This document shows positions 1-11,356 of a stretch of 64,000 nt of DNA, one piece after another. This stretch comes from Eledone cirrhosa (Eukaryota). Every line of letters begins with the position of its first letter. The first letter of the stretch is position 1. Location of the stretch: the NCBI GenBank assembly GCA_964016885.1, contig OZ024740.1, positions 423,770,001 through 423,834,000 of the forward strand, in the 5' to 3' direction. Position numbers and translations under genes: made by a program. The notes beneath the pieces were generated by a model. That model was not told where the DNA came from, made no database searches, and saw only the letters and a list, made by a program, of their open reading frames with translations.

Positions 1-108
1 GGTTGGTGTTAGGAAGGGCATCCAGCTGTAGAAATCAAGCCAGAATCAGTTCCCGTCCCACCCTTGCAAGCAGGGAAAAGCAGACGTAAAATGATGATGA
101 TGATGATA
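1..108 (+). mobile_element. 3' end of a tRNA-derived SINE with RTE-type tail
   Basis: GGTTGGTGTTAGGAAGGGCATCC...CCCTTGCAAGCAGGGAAAAG..GACGTAAAA(TGA)n; near-identical to the 3' part of the complete SINE at 23800-24141. Confidence 0.8.
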
Positions 109-140
109 TATATATAAAGTTTATATATATATATATATTC

Positions 141-1490
141 TCACATAGAATCTCGAGGCTATCCGCCAATGAGGATATCTTCAACCAAGCGGCAGATTAC
201 TACAATAGGGCCCTGATAAGCGCCGGCTTTAACCGAGGAATTTCCTACATCCCTAACGCTAGCTCTAGAAACCACCCCCCTCATAAAACTAACGTTATAG
301 TAAGCCATACCTATAACCGATCACGCGGCGACCTCGTTGAAGTCGGATATAATAGAATAGATAACCGCACCAAAGAACATGACCCCGGCGACGGTGAACA
401 CTGTAGATTACTCAAACTATTCCCCTATTACAAAACCAACAAAGGCGACGGCCTACTACCAACGCCTTCCAACCAACATCTTCGTGTACATAAACATGGA
501 AGAGGTAGAAAGAGTGCACCCGAGCATAAAGTGAAAGGGGCACCGAACGGGCGACTGCGCATTAACACACATAAGAGCGGTCACTTAGATGGAACCACCC
601 GTAGCAAAAGTACAAGGACACGTAATCGCCACCGTAACGTCCTATGGTTCCACCCCCCCTACTCTCGGAGTGTGGCCTCCAACATAACCCGGATGTTCTT
701 CGAAGCCTTAGAGAAGAACTTCCCGCCCAACCATAGGTATAGAAAAATTCTTAATAGGAGCAATATAAAAATATCCTTCTCTACTACTCCTAACCTAGCA
801 GACATCATAGGAACAACGAACCACAGTAAGATTACCAAGACACAGCACCTCGACACAGATGCACCTACACCTGACAATAACTATATCGGCCTTAACAACT
901 CCCTGGCAGATTCCAATAGTGTTGGCAACGGCATCCGCAGACGCAACCAGAATAACCGCGAAATGACTGGGGAACATGCAGAACATGACGTGCGGAATAA
1001 CAATCGCACCACCCCGCGTGCTGTGGGTTGTAATGGTGCTAACGACAGCTGTGGTAGCGTAGGTAACAACGTAGGCAGCAACAATGATAGCCTTACCGTG
1101 GGAAATAGATGGAACCGCGACAGAAATTGCAACTGCCGCGACAGAGGACGCTGCCCCCTTAGAGGATACTGCTTGACTGATAGGGTTATATATAGATGCA
1201 CTATTACTAGCCACAATAGCGTTAAACATTATATAGGGGCTACCTCCGGCTCGTTCAAAATTAGGTTTCGAACACATCTCCACTCTTTCAAAAATAGAAA
1301 ACTAAGGCACTCCACTTCGCTCGCGGACTACATCACATCACTAAAGGACTTAAACATCAGCTTCTCCACGCACTGGGAGATTGTCGGCAGGGCTGCACCA
1401 TACAACTTCAAGAGGAAATGCGATCTTTGCCTCATGGAGCTCTACTACATCATAACTGCACCCCCACGAGCTCATCAACAGCAGAGCTGA
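141..1490 (+). pseudogene. Partial PLE ORF (RT thumb + GIY-YIG endonuclease) with a frameshift near 1460
   Basis: The frame of ORF 531-1490 is open back to 141 by manual translation. The expected C-terminus (ELINSRAETAISCTHR) continues in another frame after the C-run at ~1461-1465. Confidence 0.75.
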
Positions 1491-1850
1491 AACAGCGATA
1501 AGTTGTACACATCGCTTAAAAATATCCTTCTTCAGATGGGTTAAGGATGAAGAGTGAAACAGTACACTGGATCTCCCTGCAACAAGTCTTAACACCCCGG
1601 CGGGCAGGCGCTGCAAAATAACACCCACGAAACAATCCTTGCATACCAGACCCAGCCTCAGACAAACGGATGCGGGAAAAAAAAAAAAAAAAATTGTCCA
1701 GGAAAGACTGCCCTAACACCGGCCAGAGTTACCTCCCTTGACCTGCTGCAAAATCAAAACAAGATATTTTTGCGAGCAATGAACCTTGATGTGGATTTAA
1801 CCCCCAAAACTCTTTCCGAGCAATATAAGGAACACTTGTGATTATTTATG

Positions 1851-1887
1851 CCCTTGAGAAGCCCAACTGGGCGAAACGTACGTAGGT
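1851..1887 (+). ncRNA. Minimal type I hammerhead ribozyme-like motif (variant core) in the PLE pLTR
   Basis: CC-CTTGAGAA-GCCC(AACT)GGGC-GAAAC-GTAC-GTA-GG: stem II, GAAAC, palindromic loop III, GUA site. Confidence 0.55.
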
Positions 1888-2100
1888 GCTGTTTTAAATA
1901 AACATGTTTTAACAGTCTATTCTCCGATTTTTTACTTTCCCACGTGCTTACGCTCTGCTAACTCTCTAGCCCACTAAATATTAACACTTCGAATATTTAA
2001 TACTGCCGGCACTAGTATCGAGCACCTTTGGCATACGCTACTTGGCAAATAACTATATGTATCACCTATTCCCCTTTTTTTCTCTTTCTCAATACGTAAA

Positions 2101-2103
<3 letters not shown>

Positions 2104-2163
<60 letters not shown>
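2104..2163. repeat. (TA)n microsatellite
   Basis: Pure TA run. Confidence 0.95.
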
Positions 2164-2166
<3 letters not shown>

Positions 2167-3781
2167 TCATCATCATCATCATCAGGTTTAGCGTCCGTGT
2201 TCCACGCTTGCATGGGTTTGGACGGGGGTTTTCCCACTTGAGGCAAGAGTGGTTGTCTTGCTCGCATAGGACTGTCTGGCGGGTTTTCTACAGTTGGATG
2301 CCCTTCCTAACACCAACCACATTTACAGTGTGGGGCTGGGAGGTTTTTACCGTGTTGCCTACACGGCCACATTACAGCGTGGACTGTCTGGCGGGTTTTC
2401 TACAGCTGGATGCCCTTCCTAACACCAACCACATTTACAGTGTGGGGCTGGGAGGTTTTTACCGTGTTGCCTACACGGCCACATTTACAGCGTGGACTGT
2501 GTGTTTTTTGTCGTGACACCTACACGATCTCATTTGTTTCGGCCTGGATGTTGTGGGACCAACATAACTTTACATTGAAAGGGGCGGTGTGGGTGGGGTG
2601 GAGGGTGGTGGGACGGGGGTGTGTTTTGATAGAGATGCCTACTGACTGTAGTAGGTTTTTACTTTGTATTTAGGTAAGGCGGGTCTTCTCTATTACTGAG
2701 TACCGCCAAAGGTCTCGGTCCAGTGACATTGTCTTGGAGAGGTGTAAGCGTGTGAGGTCGGAATTTATCAGCTCGTCCCATGTTTTTCTGGGTCTGCCTA
2801 CTCCGTGGCTACCGTCTATCTTTATTGCCCTGCACTTTGTTATACAGCTGTCGTCTTTCATGCGCATCACGTGACCGTACCAACGTAGCCTTCTCTCGAG
2901 TAAACAACATCTGATCCCTCTTATTTCTAATTTTTTCCTTAGTTCGTTTATGCTTTGCCGTTCACGTATATTACTATTGCACATCCAGCGGAGCATGCAA
3001 GCTTCGTTCCTCTCTAGTCTGCGTATATCCTCTGCACACAATGCCCAGGTCTCACTGCCATGCAGCATTGCTGTTCGTATGCAGGCATCGTATAACCTGC
3101 CTTTCATTTTTAGGGAGAACCCTCTAGCGGCTAATAGTGGTATAAGCTCTCTGAACTTTTTCCATCCAGTTCTGACTCTAGCTACTGTACTTTCAGAGCA
3201 CCCTCCCCCACTGCTGATTTTGTCACCCAGATAACGGAAGCTGTCCACTATTTCTATAGAACCCTCTGCGCAGTTGAAGGAGCTAGTATTTTGTGGGCAC
3301 TTGCTGCTACTTATTGCACCAGAGCACCGGCCACATGTAAAATCTATGTTCTTAGTTAGCTTACCTGTGATCCCACTATATCTTTTATGCACCCATACTT
3401 TGCATTTGGGACATAAAATGGAGTTTCTACCTACGCCTTTCCTACACACTGAGCATGGCCATTTCCCCGATGGGACCGCCGCCTTATTTTCTTTCCTACA
3501 AACTAGAACTTTAGTCTTAGCCAGGTTAATTTTAAGGCCTTTTGATTCTAGGCCGTGCTTCCACGTTTGGAATTTCTTCTCTAGTTCGGTCATTGATTCA
3601 GCTATGAGCGTTAGATCATCTGCGTATAGGAGTTCCCATGGGCAGCCGGTCTTGAACTCCTCTGTTATAGCCTGAAGGGCAATAATAAATAGTAGGGGGC
3701 TAAGAACAGAGCCCTGATGGACACCAACTTTTACGCTAAACTCTTCACTATATTCGTTGTTAATTCTAACCTTACTGACTG

Positions 3782-3783
<2 letters not shown>
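2164..3783 (-). mobile_element. 5'-truncated RTE-clade LINE (subfamily A) with 3' UTR and (GAT)n tail
   Basis: ORF 2670-3593 is nearly identical to the C-terminal half of 20914-23181 (Cys finger, LRWYGHV, GRPRKTW); GVHQGSVLSP and YADD lie upstream; (CAT)n at 2164-2183. Confidence 0.95.
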
Positions 3784-3816
<33 letters not shown>

Positions 3817-4147
3817 TTATATATATTATATATACATAAAGTTTATATATATATATATATGGAAAGTTATATTTAAATTGTTGGGTTACAACTAGTAAAT
3901 ATTTATAACTGATATAAAAGCACTCAACAAGTATTTGCCAAATCAACTTTTTCAAATACAAGTCGATGTTGAACGGTATGTCAAATCTATTTATCTATAA
4001 AACTGTCTATATTGTATTTTGTCTGAAGAAGGCATAACATATTGTTAATATGATATCCCTGAAATATATATGATGAAATAAATATGGTTTTATAAATATA
4101 GTTTCCATTTATTTAATATCGTTATATATATATATATAAAGTTTATA

Positions 4148-4656
4148 TCATCATCATCATCATCATCATCATCAGGTTTAGCGCCCGTGTTCCACGCTTG
4201 CATGGGTTTGGACGGGGGTTTTCCCACTTGAGGCAAGAGTGGTTGTCTTGCTCGCATAGGACTGTCTGGCGGGTTTTCTACAGCTGGATGCCCTTCCTAA
4301 CACCAACCACATTTACAGTGTGGGGCTGGGAGGTTTTTACCGTGTTGCCTACACGGCCACATTTACAGCGTGGACTGTGTGTTTTTTGTCGTGACACCTA
4401 CACGATCTCATTTGTTTCGGCCTGGATGTTGTGGGACCAACATAACTTTACATTGAAAGGGGCGGTGTGGGTGGGGTGGAAGTGGTGGGACGGGGGGGTG
4501 TTTTGATAGAGATGCCTACTGACTGTAGTAGGTTTTTACTTTGTATTTAGGTAAGGCAGGTCTTCTCTATTACTGAGTACCGCCAAAGGTCTCGGTCCAG
4601 TGACATTGTCTTGGAGAGGTGTAAGCGTGTGAGGTCGGAATTTATCACACGCTTAC
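4148..4656 (-). mobile_element. Short 3' fragment of RTE subfamily A
   Basis: Same 3' UTR and ORF end as the copy at 2164-2770, without that copy's internal duplication; (CAT)n tail. Confidence 0.93.
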
Positions 4657-4959
4657 GTATATATATATATATATATATATAAAGTTTATATATATATAAA
4701 TATATATAAACAATAATGCAAAATAAAAAGTAAAATTTTAAAGCAAAAAAGAAAAAGGTTTCACAAAATTTGAGGCAAAAACAACTGGAACAAAAAATTC
4801 TTTTATTCCTCCAAGAAAGATAGAATGAGCTTCACCAGTTTTCCTCTTCCTGTGTAATTTGTAACTGCCATAATGGTAAATGGAACCATGCTTGAAAATG
4901 TTAGAACCAACACCAGAACAGCAACAACAACAATAATAACAATGATAATATTAATAATA

Positions 4960-5172
4960 AGGGTTTCTGATTTAGGCCCAAGGCCAATAATTTGGACAGG
5001 AGGAGCAAGTCAATTAAATCAACCCCATTACATTACTGGTACATTTTCTTTCTTGACCAGGCAAGGATGAGAGCCAAAGCTAACCTTGGTGGGAAATGAA
5101 CTCAGACCAATAAAGGGGCGTATCTCTATGATGCAACTCATGGTGTCCGACCTTCTACTGATACTGCCAAAT
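4960..5172 (-). mobile_element. Degenerate tRNA-derived SINE (family with GCCTTTCATCC..GATAAAATAAAGTACCAG core)
   Basis: Reverse-complement similarity to copies at 11150 and 53128. Confidence 0.6.
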
Positions 5173-5519
5173 CATGTTTATTAAAATGATAATAACTGAA
5201 ACAAATAAAGAATTTAAAAATATAACTCCCCACCCAGCCCTGTTTCTGGGAATTGGAGAGCTAAATAAATGGTTTATTTAAACAAAAATTTGATTTGATT
5301 GGTTAAATAAACTGAAAAGAAAAAGAGAAAAGGAGAGATAGAGAGATAGACATGGTTCACTTGTAATACATGATTTGATGTATTTGAAGGAGAGAAGGAA
5401 AAATATAAAGACAGCTTTGTGCTTTAGTGCCATTGAGATTTTATGTAAAATTTTAACCGTTTAGTTACCAATCTAGTAAGAAGCTGCCATATAACTTGAT
5501 ACTACCATTTAATATTCAT

Positions 5520-5763
5520 GTTAAACCTTTAGTTATCAACCTGGCCCAAACTAGCTCTCATTCTATGAAATAAAACCATCCATTTTAAAGGTTTCCAATT
5601 TAAATAAAAATCTTTTAACATAATTTCATATACATTAAGTAATTAAGAACCTTACATCTTAGTAATAAAATAATTAATAATTTTAGTAAATCTCTAAAAA
5701 TTCTTCATTTATTAATCAAAAGAGAAGTGTATTTCATTAGAAATGCAGTGATGAAGAGGTTAA
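5520..5763. mobile_element. piggyBac-like MITE (degenerate)
   Basis: TTAAACCTTTAGTTA...GAAGAGGTTAA ends; body similar to 13067-14021 and 61731-61850. Confidence 0.5.
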
Positions 5764-5954
5764 AATTGACCAGTGATTGGTGTTGTAAGCAGAGTAATGT
5801 AGTAATAGAGTTGACTTTTATACGAGGTCTATGGAAAATTCCACATTTTGGGGCCAAAAATAGGAGGGGGGGGGGAGAGTACTTTTACATGTGATCGATT
5901 ATTACTTGAGTATATGAGTATATGAGTATATATATATATATATATAGTAATAAT

Positions 5955-6158
5955 AATATATGTGAAGACTAAAATCCAAAGGATAAATATATATCAAATA
6001 TATAAGAACCCTAGAGCAAATATTTATTAAAATAACAGATTAAAGTTTAAGCAAAGAATCACTGCTTTCACCCTAAACGGGATCTGTAAATGAAGATCCC
6101 ATTAAGAGTGAAAGCAGCGATTCTTTGCTTAAACTTTAATCTGTTATTTTAATAAATA
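5955..6158 (-). repeat. Fold-back element (~138-bp hairpin at 6021-6158), probable PLE pLTR relic
   Basis: Near-perfect inverted arms ATATTTATTAAAATAACAGATTAAAGTTTAAGCAAAGAATC...; flanked by (TA)n; TGAAGA..GAAA in the apex. Confidence 0.7.
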
Positions 6159-6174
6159 TATATATATATATATA

Positions 6175-7061
6175 CAGGGTGAGGATGATATTTGTTCGCA
6201 ATTTTCAACTGCTAATTTTATGCAAATTTTTTTAACTTCCATTGTCACTCTTGTCTTCATAAAAACAGTGACTATATTTCCATTATTTATTTTCAGAATA
6301 ATTGATTATGAATAATTTTGAACCTCCAAATTTGTGGAAGAGATACGGAGTTCTTCTTAGAATCCGCGCCGGGAGGACAAATAAGACCAGAAGATCAACT
6401 CCCAGAACAACAGGTGGTTCGCTGTCTCATCCAAAGACGTGCCCAGAGTCATGCAGACAAAGTTTCCAGAGACAACATTGGTCTTAAGTGTCGTCAGCAG
6501 TCAAGGTGACGTCATGCCACCTCACTTCTTCCTGAGTGCCTCAAGCTGAACACCGATGGCTACATCCGCGTTCTGAGTGAGGTAGTAAAGCCCTGGATCG
6601 ACCAGGTAGCTGTAGGCCATATGTGTGCCAGCAAGACTCAGCGCCCTGCCATACCAGCCGAAAGATCCAAGCCTGGCTGTTAGAGAACTTCGTCGACCAC
6701 ACTTCACCTGACATCTGGCCTCCCAGCTCGCCTGACTGCAACCCCCTCGACTTCTTTGTGTGGGGCGCAGTGGAACGGGACACCAACAGATCTAGCTGCA
6801 ATACGAAAGACAATCTGAAGGCCAGGATCACAAGTGCCTTTAGGGGCCTAAGTCGGGGGACAGTGACAAAGGCCTGTAGCCAGTTCCAAGGCCGCTTTGA
6901 GGCCGTCATCAGAGCTAATGGTGGGTTTATCGAGTGAGATCGAAAGAACAAGTCATGAAGACAAACTGACCCAAGTTTGATAAATAAATCTTTAAAAATA
7001 AAACTGCTGTGTTATTTTTTCCTAGACAGTAATCTTGCGAACAGATATCGTCCCCACCCTG
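6175..7061 (+). mobile_element. Internally deleted Tc1/mariner transposon, DD37D (maT-like)
   Basis: TIRs CAGGGTG(A/G)GGA(T/C)GATAT(T/C)TGTTCGCAA; TA flanks; ORF 6623-6937 QQDSAPCH..WPPSSPDCNPLD with 37 residues between the 2nd and 3rd Asp. Confidence 0.9.
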
Positions 7062-7079
7062 TGTATATATATATATATT

Positions 7080-7410
7080 TACTCAGGCTAGTTTTGTTAC
7101 TCAGGTGTTTTGCCTGTTTATCATAGGTAAAACTCCAGAGTTTAACTTTAATAAAAAGAATATTAACCCTTTAACATTTACATTACTCTCTATATACTAT
7201 TGTATTTTCATGGTAAAAGCTTTACCTCACATAATATCGAATCTATGAGATTTTAATGTTATTTATTTTGAGAACAATACCTTAACATCATGGCCAGTTT
7301 GAACAGAAAGAGGGGAGAGAATTCTGGCTGGATATGGCCGGTTTAAATGCTAAAGGATTAAACTCGACTTCGGTATTCATAACTCCTTTCTCTCAGCCAT
7401 CAATCACAGA
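7080..7410 (+). mobile_element. pLTR-like fold-back relic (family 2) interrupted by a piggyBac-like MITE
   Basis: Matches 8926-9070, 58077-58243 and 60916-61112 on both sides of the MITE. Confidence 0.6.
7163..7361. mobile_element. piggyBac-like MITE
   Basis: TTAA-CCCTTTAACATTTA ... TAAATGCTAAAGGA-TTAA; same family as 61519-61709 and 57867-58080. Confidence 0.7.
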
Positions 7411-7869
7411 GTAATGGAGTAACATTTATTGTATATTTGGCCAAACAAACAGAACTTGTTCTATTGTTTGAATGAAAAAAAACCAATGTATTGTGAGTCA
7501 TTTATAAAAAAAGTTGTGTGGGGTGGGGTGTCAGGAAAAGGAGAAAGGGTGTGGGTAGGTGTGGGATGAAGATTCCAAGCTGGTAAAGATGGTTGCAACA
7601 CACACAAATCAGTGTTTAGCAGCTGGCAATGGAATATTGTGAGATGGGAATTAGTTGAAGAAATGAATTCCTTATATGGAAACTCATGGTTTTTTTCTCT
7701 AACAAAAATGACTTTCAGCCTGGAGAGGGTTAAAAACAAGACATGAAATAATGATAGGACATAGAGAGCTAACTGACCACTTTGGTGTTGTTGCTACTGG
7801 GATATATATATAATAAAGGAACGATCAACTTTTATCAAATCGGACCGAAGAAACAATGCTTCCATTAGT

Positions 7870-8036
7870 CTTTCCAGTTGCTAATACTATCTATCGGTGG
7901 TAACTCCAGGTAGAAGGAGCAACGTGAAATAAAGTGTCTTGCTCAAGGACATAACGCATCGCCTGGTCGGGGAATTGAACACACAACCTCACGATTGCAT
8001 ATCCAATTCTCTAACCACTCAGCCACACACCTTCAC
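7870..8036 (-). mobile_element. tRNA-head/CORE-like SINE fragment
   Basis: Reverse complement shows A box TGGCTGAGTGG, B box GTTCAATTCC and TGTCCTTGAGCAAGACACTT. Confidence 0.75.
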
Positions 8037-8054
8037 TGGGATATATATATATGG

Positions 8055-8403
8055 AAGGGGGTAAGGTAGAGAACCCCTTTGGTCATGAATGACCATGGAA
8101 TTTACACCTAGAAAGTTCCCCTCAAAAGCAAAAACCCAGTCAAGGTGTTTTTTGTGAAAAACTAGCAGTCATCTATACATACCAGTCTCACCTCTGCACG
8201 CCACCAATGTTGTCCAAAGGAAAGGCAATGGCTGATACAACTTGGCACCAATGATGACATAACCCATTTTTTCCAGTTAAATGAACTGGAGCAATGTGAA
8301 ATAAAATATCTTGTTCAAGGGCACACTGCTCAGTCCAGAAATCACACATACAACCTCACAACTGTGAACCTGACATTCTAACCACTAAGCCATACACCTT
8401 CAC
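8055..8403 (-). mobile_element. tRNA-derived CORE-like SINE (second tail type)
   Basis: Same family as 11515-11845 (GAATGACCATGG..CACCTAGAAAGTTCC). Confidence 0.75.
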
Positions 8404-8404
8404 T

Positions 8405-8870
8405 ATATATACTTGTGTAAAAGATGAATTTTTTAGAACATTTTTAAAGGTTAAATTTATTGGGTCGACTATTACATAAATACTACTTTTGAGGGGCTTG
8501 AAATTTAAGCTAGAATTTAAAGTACTGTATCAGTAGCAGAAGCCCAAATGATCTCTACATTACTAAAAACAAAAACACAATGAATTACAGTAATATTACC
8601 AATGCTATGTATCAAAACAGGTATAGGGCAGTCTACAGTAAGGTAGGCACACGTTATGGTAAATGTCTAGTTTCAGACATATATTAGCAATAATATAAAT
8701 TTACCTTAAATTCAGGACGATTCTGTAACAGTGTCATTTCTAGGTACACGATGATAACTTGACCCACAAATGTTGACCTGTTGTCTGTGAAATACTAGGG
8801 TCGACTTTTATACGAGGTCTGTGGACTTTTGGGCCAACAATAGGTGGGGGAGTACATGAGTATACATATG
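8405..8870. mobile_element. Degenerate pogo/Tigger-like non-autonomous DNA element
   Basis: TATATACT.. / ..GAGTATA ends, repeated GGGTCGACT motifs; related 3' piece at 5800-5930. Confidence 0.45.
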
Positions 8871-8907
<37 letters not shown>

Positions 8908-8925
8908 ATATATATATTTATATAT

Positions 8926-9070
8926 ACTCAGGTTAAACTGAGTTTTGTTACTCTGAAGATTTGCCTGTTTATCACAGTCAAAACTCCAGAGTTTAGCCTT
9001 AATAAAATGAATATTAAAACTCTATTTCAGTATTGAGTACTCTTTTCTCTCAGCTGTCAACCACATACGG
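8926..9070 (+). mobile_element. pLTR-like fold-back relic (family 2)
   Basis: AAACTCCAGAGT..TTAGCCTTAATAAAA..GTATTGAGTACTCTTTTCTCTCAGC; flanked by (TA)n. Confidence 0.6.
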
Positions 9071-9124
<54 letters not shown>

Positions 9125-9987
9125 ATTGTTATTGTTATTAATATTCTTCAGTTCCCAACCAGTTTGAATCAAGCAAACTTAGGATTGAAAGAAATTCCAG
9201 TTGTGACCATTCCATCTTTTTTCAGATTATACTTTCTAATATGTTCTTTCTTTCTTTTTTTTTTTTTTTTCAAAATGGGAAGGTGTGATTTGAGGGAGAT
9301 TTGGTTGCTACTGCTAGAATGTTGATTGACCATATAGATGTAGAGGCTCGTTCATTAGTTTGTTGTACGTATGCTATAGAATAAAGATTAAAAATAAGAT
9401 TTATAATAGAATTACAGCAGTAAGGTATCTTTTGGTGTGGTCGTAAATGGTTTAAATGGTTTGGCAGGAACATTAGCATTTGTGTGCAAATATACCATTT
9501 CCTGTGAGACATTTGTGATTGTTCAATAACTAGAATAGGCCCTGTTTCCATTAGTAAGCCATATATTTACTTGTTTTTCCTCTTCTAGAGTCATATGCTA
9601 CAATGGTGCTGGAAAATAGGCAGCTGCATCAGGTTGTCCATTTTCAATTCCATAAGCATAAGCTACGGCTTGAGCCATTTACAAAGATATTCTAGCGTGA
9701 AGCAATGGTTGGCATGGTAGCTGGTAAAGTCCTGTCAATGTGCCATAGTGCACACTTGATAAATGTGGATTTCACTTTTATTATCATGTTAGCAAGCATC
9801 TTTAGCTTGTGGGAGTGAACGAGCTGTATGAAACTTAAGAGCAGCAGCAGCAGCAGCAACATGGTGAGACTGAGTTGAAACAGGGGAAATGTTAGGAACA
9901 AAAGTTGGTCAATGTAGAAAAATTGATATGTGAGTTCTTAGAGAAATCTGAGTCTGAATTTTTGCATGACAAAATAAATAACAAACT

Positions 9988-10077
9988 ATATATATACATA
10001 TATATATATACATACATATAGATATACATATATACACATACACATACATATATATATATACATACATATAGATGTAA

Positions 10078-10130
<53 letters not shown>

Positions 10131-10960
10131 CATACATATAGAGGTAATTACATACATACATCATCACCATCACCATCACCATCACCATCACCATCACCTC
10201 CACCACCATCATCATCATTATCACCATCATCATTTCACGGCCCCTTTTCCCTGCTTGCAAGGGTGGGACGGGAACTGATTCTGGCTTGATTTCTACAGCT
10301 GGATGCCATTCCTAAAACCAACCTCATTTACAGTGAGTGCTGGGTGCTTTTTTTTGCCATGGCACCTCCACGACCACTTTGCAGTGGAATGATAGGGACC
10401 CTAGTCCTATCATCTCATTTCTACAGCTGAGTAAACTGGAGCAATGTGAAATAAAGTGTCTTGCTCAAGGAAACAACACATCACATACATATATACAACA
10501 TCACATACATATATACAACACATCACATACATATATACAACACATCACATACATATATACAACACATCACATACATATATAACACATCACATACATATAT
10601 AAACAACACATCACATACATATATACAATATATACAATACATACAGATATACATACACATACATGCACATGCATATATATATATACACACATGCACATAC
10701 ATGTATCCACACATACATACATTCATATATCCACACATACATGCATACATACACACATATACACATGCATAGATACACAAACACACATAAATACATATAT
10801 ACATATATATGTATATACATATACACACACATAAATACATATATACATATACACACACATAAATACATAAATACATACACACACCACACATAAACACATA
10901 TATACATAGACACACATACATAAATATATACATAGACACACATACATAACATATAGCTAC
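9988..10960. repeat. Compound (TACA)n/(CAC,CAT)n/(CA,TA)n microsatellites with an embedded minus-strand SINE (~10210-10478)
   Basis: Low-complexity runs; the SINE segment is the reverse complement of ~23880-24141. Confidence 0.9.
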
Positions 10961-11149
10961 ATGACAGACTTCTGTGGAAAGTCCAATAATGAAATTACTT
11001 GTTATATGAAGGTAACCTTACATGGAAACATTACACTACAGGCTGTGGTAAGATTATATAAGAATATTTCTACAGAAGTCTTTAAACATTACATATATTC
11101 TACCATGTATAAACAAATACAGCATTTGTTATATAGAAACTATAGAGCG

Positions 11150-11356
11150 TTGGAGTGGCAGAATCGGTAGAGCGTCAGACAATATGCTTTGTGGCATAGA
11201 GTTACAACCCTTTTACAGTCTGAGTTCAAATCCAACCAAGGTTAGCTTTGTTTTCATCCTTACAGGGTCAATAAAATAAAGTACCAGTAATGCACTGGGG
11301 TTGATTTAATCAACTTTACCTTTCCCCCAAATTCTTGCCTAAATCAGAAACTATTA
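11150..11356 (+). mobile_element. tRNA-derived SINE (TTTCATCC..ATAAAATAAAGTACCAG family)
   Basis: TGGCAGAATCGGTAGAGCG A-box-like, GAGTTCAAATCC B box; further copies at 52710, 53128, 54620 and 60535. Confidence 0.75.

Larger units (their letters stand above)
141..2103 (+). mobile_element. 5'-truncated Penelope-like retroelement (Naiad-type) embedded in (TA)n
   Basis: RT thumb-like SHRISRLSANEDIFNQAADYYNRALISAGF, linker NVLWFHPPYS, CNCR..CPLRGYCL, GIY-YIG (VIYRC..HYIG), CDLCLME; 3' region with hammerhead-like motif; (TA)n on both sides. Confidence 0.85.

Noticed and set aside
1488-1490. TGA as a selenocysteine codon (some Naiads encode selenoproteins)
   Set aside because: The TGA is reached only after a frameshift. 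The conserved Cys positions are ordinary TGY codons and I saw no SECIS.
2950-3675. Plus-strand ORFs over RTE copies (and their mirrors at 21213-22901 and 26098-27494)
   Set aside because: Antisense shadow frames of the RT ORF.
8702-8790. Possible minus-strand host exon (TTTCACAG..AAG|GTAA, NRSTFVGQVIIVYLEMTLLQNRPEFK)
   Set aside because: It lies inside a DNA-transposon-like repeat, with no partner exons and no recognisable protein.
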